IMG/VR virus record: IMGVR_UViG_3300031595_000166
Span: 32,001-96,000 of that record
DNA from: a virus
DNA length: 64,000 bases
Reading direction: 5' to 3' (one strand)
A program made the position numbers and the translations under genes. A model generated the notes under the pieces. It saw only the letters and a list, made by a program, of their open reading frames with translations. It was not told the DNA's origin and made no database searches. Below, one piece after another: positions 1 through 9,435 of this stretch; position 1 is the first letter of the stretch; each line of letters starts with the position of its first letter.

Positions 1-346
1 CGAAGAATATCGAAGTCAAAATCAATGTTATTACAATTGGCGAAGTCATAGATATTGAATACAATGTAGCAACATTATTGCTATCACGAATAGCATATAT
101 GAATGCAAGCCCTGCCATTGTTGCAGATAGCGTTGCAAGCATTGCCCACATTGCACCAATAACATTAAATGGTTGTGCTACCTTTGTAGAAAGAATGTAG
201 ATATATATTGGTAATAATGCTATACCAACACAACAATTCACTATATGAATTTGAAACGGATGTAGATGTCTTGTTGCCAACTTTAAAAAGAAACTCCAAA
301 ATCCATATCCAAGAATAGATATAATGATTAGGTATTTACTATTCAT
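1..346 (-). CDS. EamA/DMT-like multi-pass membrane protein (runs off window edge)
   Basis: Not in ORF track; reading from ATG at 346 gives MNSKYLIIISILGYGFWSFFLKLA...LAFIYAIR...SPIVITLIL, about 4 hydrophobic helices with EamA-like G.W.FF.K.A and P...T motifs. Confidence 0.55.
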   Translation of the reverse strand, partial: MNSKYLIIISILGYGFWSFFLKLATRHLHPFQIHIVNCCVGIALLPIYIYILSTKVAQPFNVIGAMWAMLATLSATMAGLAFIYAIRDSNNVATLYSISMTSPIVITLILTSIFF

Positions 347-347
347 A

Positions 348-1046
348 TCACGACCACAAGTATTTTCTAATACCTAATACACGAATAAGCATTTCTTCTA
401 ACTTATCTTCGTTTCTTTTATTAAGATTTTGTAAATTATCCCACAATTGTTTTGTATCAGGTGATTTACTTCGTTTTGCTTTACTCCAAGCAGTCATCGC
501 ATCATCGGCTTCCTTATATTCGAGTTTTCGATCCTTATTCCACCAATGATAGATTGCATAGATTTCAGTGTATTTATCTAATTGCGTTTGTAAAATTGGT
601 TCTTTTGCAACCTCTTCTGCTGTTGGCATATACATACGCTGACGCAATACGAAGTTAGTCAATAGATTGAATATCGCATATACCATTTTTGTATCGGTAT
701 CAATATACCCGTGTCGGTAATGATCAGCATCTCCAATCTTATTCCTTTTTGGTTGGCGAAGATCAAGAATATGATCTCGCTCAATAATGAATGATATGAA
801 CCAGTATTTGAAGTCGTGAAGTTTCCATCCAATTAGACTAAGCCAAGCATAACGAATGAATGTCGGAAGTGTTGATGCGAAAAAGAACTTCACGGGGTAA
901 ATCTTTTTTAGGTGATCGTAATAGTCATCCCATGTTGGACTACCATCATCATTACCAAAATCTCTCATTGGCATAGCATTGCAGTGATCTGACATTCCTA
1001 ATTGTTTAGGATTTGGAAACTTGAAAATCTTTGTGAAGTATAGCAT
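348..1046 (-). CDS. hypothetical phage protein
   Basis: 232-aa ORF coupled to neighbours; no motif recognised. Confidence 0.7.
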   Translation of the reverse strand: MLYFTKIFKFPNPKQLGMSDHCNAMPMRDFGNDDGSPTWDDYYDHLKKIYPVKFFFASTLPTFIRYAWLSLIGWKLHDFKYWFISFIIERDHILDLRQPKRNKIGDADHYRHGYIDTDTKMVYAIFNLLTNFVLRQRMYMPTAEEVAKEPILQTQLDKYTEIYAIYHWWNKDRKLEYKEADDAMTAWSKAKRSKSPDTKQLWDNLQNLNKRNEDKLEEMLIRVLGIRKYLWS

Positions 1047-1414
1047 TATTTGACCAATTCCTCTCGTATCATAACTCCCAATTCATAAGCGAACTCTTCT
1101 CGATCATATTCGGATTTGGGATATCCATCGAAGCCTTTTTGAAAAGATCTAACCCAATTTGTATTCGTATCTAATAATTTTTCAATTGAATAACCGCGTC
1201 CGCTTGCTAAATGTTTTGGTATTTTTTCTTGATCTGCAAGCAACACACACGCTAATGCACAACAAGTTTGATCTTTTTTTGGTGCCCAGTGTTCTTTGCC
1301 TTTTGTAGATTTCCATTCAATTCCCCAAGATTGAATACCAAGTTTTATACCCTTTGTTGTAATGGTCTTTATAGCATTACGAATAATTTGTTCTCGTTCC
1401 CCATCAGTTAGCAT
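1046..1414 (-). CDS. hypothetical protein
   Basis: 122-aa ORF with overlapping start/stop. Confidence 0.65.
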   Translation of the reverse strand: MLTDGEREQIIRNAIKTITTKGIKLGIQSWGIEWKSTKGKEHWAPKKDQTCCALACVLLADQEKIPKHLASGRGYSIEKLLDTNTNWVRSFQKGFDGYPKSEYDREEFAYELGVMIREELVK

Positions 1415-1698
1415 AATATCAATAACTTTTCTAATTGTTTCGCTGTTTTGATATCAAACAATTTATAACCATCAAAAACTTTGATTAGCCTTTCCCTACG
1501 ATCAGGTGATGGAAACATATGCATTATGAATGTATGTTCTTGGCTCCATTCGATTGCATAAGGCTGAATATTTTTCATCGCATAACTAAATTTGGTTTCG
1601 TCTTCTTCGGTAAAATGTAATATATCACAATCATTACAATATTTATGGTCTAATTCTCCGCTACACCTAATGCAATGGATATTGGCTGGATGTTTCAT
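1408..1698 (-). CDS. small Zn-ribbon protein, C-terminal tag family A
   Basis: CxxC..CxxC; ends KLFDIKTAKQLEKLLILC; paralog of 1695..2048. Confidence 0.7.
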   Translation of the reverse strand: MKHPANIHCIRCSGELDHKYCNDCDILHFTEEDETKFSYAMKNIQPYAIEWSQEHTFIMHMFPSPDRRERLIKVFDGYKLFDIKTAKQLEKLLILC

Positions 1699-2048
1699 AT
1701 CAATATCAATAACTTTTCTAACTGCTCTTCTGTTCTAATATCGAATAACTTCCAACCATCAAGTTCGGCAATAGTACCATCCATATATTGACCTGATGTT
1801 TTTGATGTTTGGATCCATTCTTCTTTTAGAATAGTTGTTATTTTCTTATTATTAGGAATATCATATTCCCATCTAATTAGATATTTCAGGCTTATGGTTC
1901 GTTCCGCGCATCCCCAGCTTTTGTTATAAAACTTCGGATCGCCATAATATGTAATGGCGCAATCATCACATTTACTATTATATATTTGAGTTGCTTCCCG
2001 AGTTGTAGATTTACACGATATACAAAAATAGTTTTTATTCGTTGTCAT
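1695..2048 (-). CDS. small Zn-ribbon protein, C-terminal tag family A
   Basis: CxxC..CxxC; ends KLFDIRTEEQLEKLLILI. Confidence 0.7.
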   Translation of the reverse strand: MTTNKNYFCISCKSTTREATQIYNSKCDDCAITYYGDPKFYNKSWGCAERTISLKYLIRWEYDIPNNKKITTILKEEWIQTSKTSGQYMDGTIAELDGWKLFDIRTEEQLEKLLILI

Positions 2049-2230
2049 CTTCGTCCGTATCTTTATCTACCTCTTCAAGCAACTCTCTTTGCTCATTCTT
2101 TTGACCACCACGAGGTGTGTTTTTAGATTTCATCGGCGCCATACCAGCCACACGAGAACGCGCAGATATAACATTGGAATTGCGAGGAACGGATTTAGTT
2201 TTCTTCTTTTTGTTTTTAGACATTGCGAGC

Positions 2231-2479
2231 CTATGTTAGTATTAGATACTTTTCGATTTCATCGAGATATTTTGCATGGTCTTCATAATCTAATTTCCAA
2301 GATTTGAAAATTACTTGGAGCGGAAGGGTTTTATTTTCATTATCCCACATGAATGCTTTCACTAATGTTTTAGGAACATTCATATTACGATTTTCAATAA
2401 ATCTTGTTATCTCTACCCATGTAGCAACGCCCCCTAATTTATACATATATTCTTTTAGATCATCTTCATCTTTGGACAT
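2231..2479 (-). CDS. small protein, C-terminal tag family B (start moved to MSKDEDD)
   Basis: RNMNVPKTL motif; ends AKYLDEIEKYLILT; the ORF-track start (2554) lies inside a promoter. Confidence 0.6.
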   Translation of the reverse strand: MSKDEDDLKEYMYKLGGVATWVEITRFIENRNMNVPKTLVKAFMWDNENKTLPLQVIFKSWKLDYEDHAKYLDEIEKYLILT

Positions 2480-2543
2480 TTGTATCACCGTGTAGGGAAA
2501 ACTGCTAGGAACGGCTACCGCTTTGGCGCCGTTCCCTGCTCTA

Positions 2544-2572
2544 ACAATAGCCATCGATTACCGCTTTGTCAA
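2544..2572 (-). promoter_or_regulatory. sigma70-type promoter
   Basis: TTGACA-17nt-TATTGT. Confidence 0.7.
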
Positions 2573-3106
2573 GCCCATAATAGTTGAGCAAGGTTTCGCT
2601 AAATAATGTCTGGTTGTGTATTGTTTGTTTATGACAAGATTGTTCTACAATCATCTGGCTTTGTTCATGTGATGAGCACGTCTGGCGAGGTTGCATCTCT
2701 GCGAGCACATATCACTGTGCGTTTTCGTGTTTGGAATGCCGTCGCATTATTTTGTTGTCGAGTTCAATGCCCTTTGAGTTTATCGCTCTTGGGTTATCAT
2801 TGCCAGCACACGATCGGAGATACATTACATATCAAGCGAGCGCGCCCAACTTTTGCTGGAAAATCTAGGTTTTACTTTCAAGTTTCCATACATCGTTTTG
2901 TAAATCAACGATCATATCATTTAAGTGCTTAATGCAATCCTTTATGTTTTCGTGTTCGCCTTCTTTGAATTCTGGCTTTGGATATTCATATCTTCCTTCT
3001 TTATTTTTTCCAATAATGTAAGACTTTATAATCCCGCCACAAAATACACACTTAATACCAGACTCTGTTTCTTCGGCTTCTAGTTTAGTTTTATTTTTTG
3101 TTTTAC

Positions 3107-3817
3107 TCATGGCGATGAGCTTACTTTTTTGATTGGCTTTGATTTTTTTACAATCGTGCCGCCTGCAATAGCTGGATTTGTTTTTGCTGGAACTGCACCA
3201 CTAATACTTCCACCACCAATATGATTTATAGAACCAGTTGATTTCGTAATGCTCTTTGAAGAAGAACTACTACTGGATTTCGTTGGTTTCAACGAACTTA
3301 GTTTATTTACTGCATCCTTCATTTTTTCTTCAATCGTTTTTTCTTTCTTTACAATCGGTTTGGAAGATAGATCAAGTTTCTTTGGTGTATATCCGACGGT
3401 CTTGAAAAACTCTTCTCTTGGTATCCTATAATATTTTATACCATCTTGTTCTGCGTTTTCTAACTTTGATATGTTTTCTCGAATGCGAACAATTGCATTT
3501 CCGCCATTAACATCTTGACCAATTATCCATATGGCTTTATGTAAAACATAATCTTTACCCGGAGCAGTGTGATCGAATGTTCTTGGCATATCCCACATAG
3601 AATCCATTTCAGAAAGAACAACGAATGCCTCTGTTGGTGAGATTGTCTTGGCAATATTTACCATATCGGGAAGGCTTAGATCACCAGCGCCGAGTTTTTC
3701 TCCTTGTAAATTATACCAGCCAGCATTGTTGATTATGCTGTTGTGTCGCATTTGATTATTTGATAGTCCGAAAGATTTGCATTTTATGTCTCCGAACATT
3801 GATTTTGTGAGTTTCAT
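3107..3817 (-). CDS. hypothetical protein with Ser/Lys-rich low-complexity tail
   Basis: 236-aa ORF; NAGWYN..GEKLG.GDL core. Confidence 0.7.
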   Translation of the reverse strand: MKLTKSMFGDIKCKSFGLSNNQMRHNSIINNAGWYNLQGEKLGAGDLSLPDMVNIAKTISPTEAFVVLSEMDSMWDMPRTFDHTAPGKDYVLHKAIWIIGQDVNGGNAIVRIRENISKLENAEQDGIKYYRIPREEFFKTVGYTPKKLDLSSKPIVKKEKTIEEKMKDAVNKLSSLKPTKSSSSSSSKSITKSTGSINHIGGGSISGAVPAKTNPAIAGGTIVKKSKPIKKVSSSP

Positions 3818-3827
3818 TTTGTTTCTT

Positions 3828-4112
3828 TCATAGTAGTAATAGATATTTATCTATTTCGTCTGCATACTTTTTATATTGGGGATTGAGTTGCTTATTTCTA
3901 AGGATCGCAAAATCTATACCATTCCCGAGTGCTTTATGATACCACACGAATGCTTTTATTAGATTAGGAATAACTGGTAATTTTCTTCGTTCATACGCCC
4001 TGATGACTGCGTCCGCAAGTTCTATTGATATTCCTTCGGTATTAACACTGGCTTTCTCTCGAAAATCAGTATCTACTATCAATGGAATATCTAACATATA
4101 TTCTACAAACAT
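3828..4112 (-). CDS. small protein, C-terminal tag family B
   Basis: DTDF...YERRKLPVIPNL; ends KKYADEIDKYLLLL. Confidence 0.7.
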   Translation of the reverse strand: MFVEYMLDIPLIVDTDFREKASVNTEGISIELADAVIRAYERRKLPVIPNLIKAFVWYHKALGNGIDFAILRNKQLNPQYKKYADEIDKYLLLL

Positions 4113-4113
4113 A

Positions 4114-5538
4114 TTATATCAGTTGCTTTTGTATTCTGTTCAATACTACTTCTTTACCCATCACTCCCATTACTTGGAATAATTCAGGGCTTTGTGTCCG
4201 ACCATAAATCGCGCATCTTGTTGGTTGTCCGATCTCTTTTATAGTCATTCCATTTTGTGTTAGCCAATCATTTGTTGCCGTTCTAAGATTATTTTCCGTC
4301 CAATCATTTACGGATTGAAGGAATGTATTGAATGCGGATAGTTTTGTTTTGGCTTCTGGTGTGAGTATTTTTTCGACTGCTGATTGGTCAATGGAGATGT
4401 CGGAACGGAGAACTGGCTCTAACTCCGTTGCTGCGTCCAATAGTGTGCGGGCGCGTGTCCTCACCAGCGGTATTAGTGATGTAAGTCGTCTGGCGCAGAT
4501 GTCAATGCCACGGGCTGTAATGAATGGTAGGAGGTGATCGGCATACACATTATCTGGCGTCAATGTGTTGCTTTTCAGATGTTCATAATTTATGACCGAT
4601 GCCTTGACTGGATCAAACTTACCATCTTTACGAACACAATTTTCAAGTGAAAACTTTTCAATTAGTTCATTAATCGAAAACAATTCTTGATCTTTATAAC
4701 CAAAACCAAGTCTTGCAACAATATTCAATAGAGCTTGTGGTGTATATCCTAAATCTCGAAACTGGAAAACGCTTGCAGCACCATCGCGCTTCGATAACTT
4801 GGATCCTGATTGTGATAGAATGAGGGGGAGATGTCCTTGAATAGGTGGTTCCCACCCGAACGCTTGATATAGCATCAGTTGGCAATTTGCATTAACCATA
4901 TGTTCGCGTCCGCGAATAATATGAGTTATTTCCATTAGATGGTCATCAATAGTCGCACCAAAATTATACATTGCTTGACCATCAGATCGTATAATTATGA
5001 AGTCCTGATTTTCAAAATTAGGTGTGCGCACTGTCTTGAACACCTGATCATCATATTCAATATGACCATCAAGCGGAGCCTTAAATCTAATTACATAATT
5101 TTTAGTTCGATCGTATCCTTTGTCAATGCAGGTTCGTGGATATTTGAATACTGATTTTGGATTATTGGCTTCTATTTCTTTTCGTTGTCGATCTAATTCT
5201 TCTGGTGTGCAATAACAACGATATGCTTTACCTTCTTTGATTAATTGTTCTGCATAATGCTTGTAAATATCTTTGCGCTCGCTTTGACGATACGGAACAT
5301 CATTGCTTACGCCAATACCTTGTTGCCAATCTAACCCGAGCCAACGAAGACTATCGAGAATTGTATTTTCGCTTGCGTCCGATGATCTTTTTTGATCTGT
5401 GTCCTCGACCCTTACCAAGAAAATCCCATTGTGTTTCTTTGCAAGTAGCCAATTATATAGGGCTGTTCTAGCCCCGCCAATATGTAATGAACCGCTCGGA
5501 CTTGGAGAAAATCTTGTCTTCATTAGTTTTTCTTTCAT
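4114..5538 (-). CDS. gltX: glutamate--tRNA ligase (class I aaRS)
   Basis: RFSPSPSGSLHIGGARTAL (HIGH), RVEDTD, YRCYC, THIIRGREH, KLSKR (KMSKS), C-terminal anticodon-binding domain. Confidence 0.95.
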   Translation of the reverse strand: MKEKLMKTRFSPSPSGSLHIGGARTALYNWLLAKKHNGIFLVRVEDTDQKRSSDASENTILDSLRWLGLDWQQGIGVSNDVPYRQSERKDIYKHYAEQLIKEGKAYRCYCTPEELDRQRKEIEANNPKSVFKYPRTCIDKGYDRTKNYVIRFKAPLDGHIEYDDQVFKTVRTPNFENQDFIIIRSDGQAMYNFGATIDDHLMEITHIIRGREHMVNANCQLMLYQAFGWEPPIQGHLPLILSQSGSKLSKRDGAASVFQFRDLGYTPQALLNIVARLGFGYKDQELFSINELIEKFSLENCVRKDGKFDPVKASVINYEHLKSNTLTPDNVYADHLLPFITARGIDICARRLTSLIPLVRTRARTLLDAATELEPVLRSDISIDQSAVEKILTPEAKTKLSAFNTFLQSVNDWTENNLRTATNDWLTQNGMTIKEIGQPTRCAIYGRTQSPELFQVMGVMGKEVVLNRIQKQLI

Positions 5539-5666
5539 TTCACATTTTTATTTTTATCTAAATATACCAACAAGATGATGTATGTTCAATATTATCTAAA
5601 AGAAACATCATACCAATAACAAGTCCAACAATAATAAATAATACCATTTTATCTTCCTACAATTAT

Positions 5667-5695
5667 AATCTAACCACTCCACCGCACCCCGTCAA
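5667..5695 (-). promoter_or_regulatory. sigma70-type promoter upstream of gltX
   Basis: TTGACG-17nt-TAGATT. Confidence 0.7.
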
Positions 5696-5986
5696 GCCAC
5701 ATCCTGCGACAACGCAATACACTTTTTACAATTTACTTTACTCGGCCAGCAAATCCATCCCCACAACCTATACCATTTCTTTTGCACATTGTTTTTAGCG
5801 CACAATGGTAAGTTTTCCTGAACATTAGCCAAGTGGAATGTCTTATTCTCTTTATTCATTCTTTTAGAATGCTCAACGATATTATCATCAGCATTTTTTA
5901 TTGATTTATTGACTTCTTTTATACTGTATTTTTTTCCCATTCTCCACCAACAACCTTCCACCAACGAACGCGAATGTTATTACTCA

Positions 5987-6220
5987 TTATGCTTTTCTCC
6001 AATCATAACTTTGATCTGGTAATCTCGTGTATTTTACCTTATTCCAATAACCTAACATATTAGGGTTATCAATCTCCCACTCCTCAATTGAGACAATTCT
6101 ATCACCATTATTCAGGAGATACTTATCTCCTGCTTGTTTTGCATCATTAAGTGATTGATGAACACTAAGCATGTCATCACATTCGCCATTGCCATAGAAT
6201 AATATAAATACACTATTCAT
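5987..6220 (-). CDS. small protein, paralog of 6217..6468 (start moved to MNSVF)
   Basis: Shared MNS.F...SL..A...GD..LL...I.EW.I...W.KV pattern. Confidence 0.6.
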   Translation of the reverse strand: MNSVFILFYGNGECDDMLSVHQSLNDAKQAGDKYLLNNGDRIVSIEEWEIDNPNMLGYWNKVKYTRLPDQSYDWRKA

Positions 6221-6468
6221 TTTGTTATGATTTCTCCAAGTGTAAAAGATGGTTCTGATTTTACCCATTCTCCACCAACAACCTTCCCCCAACTCACATT
6301 ATATTCCACCGCCCCAATATACCATTCAAAAATATTTACATATTTTGATTTCCATCCAGCCAGCAATATTTCATCACCATATTTCATAGCCTCATCCAAT
6401 GACAAGAAAATTGGCGTGTTATTGTCTTGGTATCCGTTGCCCGGAATTACTTGAAAGATACTATTCAT
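6217..6468 (-). CDS. small protein, paralog of 5987..6220
   Basis: Same pattern; ATGA overlap. Confidence 0.6.
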   Translation of the reverse strand: MNSIFQVIPGNGYQDNNTPIFLSLDEAMKYGDEILLAGWKSKYVNIFEWYIGAVEYNVSWGKVVGGEWVKSEPSFTLGEIITK

Positions 6469-6633
6469 TTTTCATCTCATCCTTTACCCATTCAATCAAT
6501 TCTATAATAAAATTACACTTACCATTATTTTCGTGATCGTAATCTGACATTGAGGTAATATAAGGATCGCCGGCGTTTTGTATCATTTGAAGTTCGGATT
6601 TCAAGTGTTCAAGTAATTTTTGCTGGAATGTTA

Positions 6634-6906
6634 TCATTGTAATATCAATAACTCATTATGTCTTTCACAAACTGCCATCGCTTCTTCTTTTGTGTCAAAC
6701 TTACAATCATCTGGCGTGCTATTGCCAAAAATAGTAATATCACTTGTACGAAGATTTTTGGTCAGAAAACGAATATTACCATTATTGACAATATATAATA
6801 TATTATAATATAATTCATTTTTTACGGAAGCAACGGAATACTTATATGGCACAAACCAAGTTTCATTCCATTTATGTTGATGCTTACCTCCATATACCCA
6901 TTCCAT
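6634..6906 (-). CDS. small protein, C-terminal tag family C
   Basis: MEW...FDTKEEAMAVCERHNELLILQ. Confidence 0.75.
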   Translation of the reverse strand: MEWVYGGKHQHKWNETWFVPYKYSVASVKNELYYNILYIVNNGNIRFLTKNLRTSDITIFGNSTPDDCKFDTKEEAMAVCERHNELLILQ

Positions 6907-6914
6907 AATAAATC

Positions 6915-7208
6915 CTATTGCAAAACCAGTCGTTGATTATATCTTTCACAAGCTACCATTGCTTTTTCTTTTGTGGCAAACTTATGATCTGGTCGAAGAC
7001 CATTGTTATTTAGTAATGTTGTAGATACTGATCTTTTATTTAGCCAATGTATTTCGATATCGTCGATATGATTTTGACAAACCATAGTGCACCACCAACC
7101 GTTATTTGCTACACCTTGATACATCACACTATAAGTGTAAAATCCTTCGCGAGCAACAAAATAATGTAAATAACAATTATTCTCTTTTGCTATTGACCAT
7201 TCTAACAT
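6915..7208 (-). CDS. small protein, C-terminal tag family C
   Basis: MLEW...FATKEKAMVACERYNQRLVLQ. Confidence 0.75.
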   Translation of the reverse strand: MLEWSIAKENNCYLHYFVAREGFYTYSVMYQGVANNGWWCTMVCQNHIDDIEIHWLNKRSVSTTLLNNNGLRPDHKFATKEKAMVACERYNQRLVLQ

Positions 7209-7217
7209 ATTATTTCC

Positions 7218-7499
7218 TTATTGTAATATCAATAACTCATAATGTCTTTCACAAACGGCTTTTGCTTCTTCTGGCATCTTGAAAAAACAATCATCTGGCA
7301 AACTATCAACCCTACTTGTAATACAATGCATATGAAGTCTGTCTGACAGATATCCGCCCAAACTTTTTGGCGGAGTATAAACTATATACCACCCACTTTT
7401 ACTATATTGTAAATATACAATGTCATACCATCCACGATCTGTATTTGATATATATCGGTCATCACCACTCAATGCATCACTATCATATTTCCATTCCAT
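7218..7499 (-). CDS. small protein, C-terminal tag family C (start MEWKY)
   Basis: GGYLS.RL; ends CERHYELLILQ. Confidence 0.75.
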   Translation of the reverse strand: MEWKYDSDALSGDDRYISNTDRGWYDIVYLQYSKSGWYIVYTPPKSLGGYLSDRLHMHCITSRVDSLPDDCFFKMPEEAKAVCERHYELLILQ

Positions 7500-7507
7500 A
7501 GTAAAAC

Positions 7508-7774
7508 CTATTGTAAAATCAATAATTTGTGATGGCGTTCGCATATCTCTTGCGCTTCTTCTTTCGTGGCGAACTCACAATTAGATTGTAGTCCTTGTGC
7601 TTCTGCTATTCCATAACCGCATTCTATGTTAAGATTATTAGATAGGAAGCCACCGAGCATATCTGGTGGATTATATGATGAACACCACTTGCCATAATAA
7701 CTAATCACACAATAATCATTTCCATCATCAAGATGTGCTTCCCAATAACCTGTATCAGTTTCTAACCAATTCAT
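7508..7774 (-). CDS. small protein, C-terminal tag family C (start MNWLE)
   Basis: GGFLSNNL; ends CERHHKLLILQ. Confidence 0.75.
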   Translation of the reverse strand: MNWLETDTGYWEAHLDDGNDYCVISYYGKWCSSYNPPDMLGGFLSNNLNIECGYGIAEAQGLQSNCEFATKEEAQEICERHHKLLILQ

Positions 7775-7785
7775 TTTTAGAACCC

Positions 7786-8049
7786 TTATTGCAAAATTAG
7801 TAATTTGTAATGTCTTTCGCAAACTTCCATTGCTTGTTTTTTGGTCGTGAATTGACAATTAGTTTTTAACGGATCGCCATAATAAGTTTCTATACGAAGT
7901 CTATTTGATAGATAGCCAGCATACCTATTTAGATTTGGGGTATAATTAGCGACCCAAAATCCATCCCTAACAAAAACCCTGTAATCATGATCGAAGTCAT
8001 CTTTGAATGGATGAGCCTCATAATGAAATCTCTTAGGGATCCATTCCAT
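7786..8049 (-). CDS. small protein, C-terminal tag family C
   Basis: AGYLSNRL; ends CERHYKLLILQ. Confidence 0.75.
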   Translation of the reverse strand: MEWIPKRFHYEAHPFKDDFDHDYRVFVRDGFWVANYTPNLNRYAGYLSNRLRIETYYGDPLKTNCQFTTKKQAMEVCERHYKLLILQ

Positions 8050-8889
8050 TTAGAAACCTATACACTGTGCTGTTGGCAGTCGGGCTTTCATAATTTTGAC
8101 TGCGTCGGGGTTATTATCTATCATTACATAACCACGATTATTATTCTCTGCTGATTGCCCAAGGGAACCGCTTCCAGCAAAAAAATCTAATACTATATCA
8201 CCTTCATTAGAATGAACTTTGACTATACGATCTAAAACACCAAGTGGCTTCTGCGTTGGGTAATTTTGCTTTTCCTTACCCATTGTTGGAACGATTGTTT
8301 TGAACCAAACATCTGTTGGAGTTTTACCACGCTCTGCTTTTTCTTTTCCCACAAGTCCGGGCGCGAGATATGGAATACGATCCATTGCATCAAAATTGAA
8401 AACATATCCGCCTTTATTTGGATTCATCGCATAAAATAAAATCGTGTCGTGTTTTGCTGGCCATTTACTTTTTGATCTGGCTCCGTAGTCATAAGCCCAT
8501 ATTAATTCATTGACAAACCTATGGCGTCCGAGCATCTTGTCCAATGCAACCTTGATATAATGAACTTCTCTGTAATCTAAATGGACGAACAATGCTCCGT
8601 TGTCTGTTAGACAATGCAATGATGCTTCTATGCGTGGCATAAGGAATGCTGGGAAGTCATCGAACTTATCGTTGTAGATATTTGATGAGCCTTCTGCTTC
8701 TGTTGTTATGAATTGTTTTCCAGCGAATCCTGTTCGATCGCCTTCGCCATCTGTTGCTTTGACTTTTATTCTTTTGCGTTGTTGAACTTTTCCAGTCGAG
8801 AACGGACTATCGATGTAGATTAGTCGTGCAAAATTATTAGGAAGTGTCGGTAGCACTTCGAGATTATCACCGAGAATTATTTGTTTCAT
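8050..8889 (-). CDS. N6-adenine/N4-cytosine DNA methyltransferase (beta class)
   Basis: GDNL, LIYIDSPF (motif IV variant), YPTQKP, VLDFFAGSGS (motif I). Confidence 0.9.
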   Translation of the reverse strand: MKQIILGDNLEVLPTLPNNFARLIYIDSPFSTGKVQQRKRIKVKATDGEGDRTGFAGKQFITTEAEGSSNIYNDKFDDFPAFLMPRIEASLHCLTDNGALFVHLDYREVHYIKVALDKMLGRHRFVNELIWAYDYGARSKSKWPAKHDTILFYAMNPNKGGYVFNFDAMDRIPYLAPGLVGKEKAERGKTPTDVWFKTIVPTMGKEKQNYPTQKPLGVLDRIVKVHSNEGDIVLDFFAGSGSLGQSAENNNRGYVMIDNNPDAVKIMKARLPTAQCIGF

Positions 8890-8906
8890 ATGTATATACC
8901 TGTTAA

Positions 8907-9428
8907 TTAATAGGAATTATATATTCCTATATTTATTTTTGTTTCACCAATAATATCAATAAGTTGGCTTACTTGTTTTGTATGTTTTGATGCCATATTT
9001 TTGCAATCAGCAAGTATATTTTGCATCATAATTTTTAACTCAGGATGCTTACGACCTTCTTCAATTGCATTTAGTGTTTCTTGTTTCAGATTATTTTCTA
9101 CTACTTGATATGCGCTTATTTTATTTATAGACAATGTCGCACATTCGAATTGATTTTCTGTATGTTGTCCTCGCTTTTTTTTACTAACTAAATTGACAAT
9201 AACATTAGGTGGAACAACATACCAAGCATTATCTTTGCTATTATATACAACTAACGGAATATATTTCACCGCTCTTACTTGATTAATAGTTTCAACTGCT
9301 TCTTTTATTTCTCCGTTATCATCGCCAAAACAAAAATCACCATCTACTTTATTTTTTGATTTTGACGCACCAGTGATCTGCATATAGTATTTCTCTGCCG
9401 ACAAACCACTATTAGATATACCACTCAT
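8907..9428 (-). CDS. possible PD-(D/E)xK nuclease next to the methyltransferase
   Basis: G..AE near N-terminus, VDGDF...GEIKE spacing; adjacency to MTase. Confidence 0.35.
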   Translation of the reverse strand: MSGISNSGLSAEKYYMQITGASKSKNKVDGDFCFGDDNGEIKEAVETINQVRAVKYIPLVVYNSKDNAWYVVPPNVIVNLVSKKKRGQHTENQFECATLSINKISAYQVVENNLKQETLNAIEEGRKHPELKIMMQNILADCKNMASKHTKQVSQLIDIIGETKINIGIYNSY

Positions 9429-9435
9429 AAATAAC

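Noticed and set aside
2606-2932. Plus-strand 108-aa ORF and most other short plus-strand ORFs overlapping minus-strand genes
   Set aside because: Antisense to well-supported genes or lacking RBS/promoter, with atypical composition
5937-6288. 23-bp direct repeat CCATTCTCCACCAACAACCTTCC at about 5937 and 6267 as an att site
   Set aside because: Encodes KVVGGEW in a paralog and an apparent gene remnant; no integrase nearby
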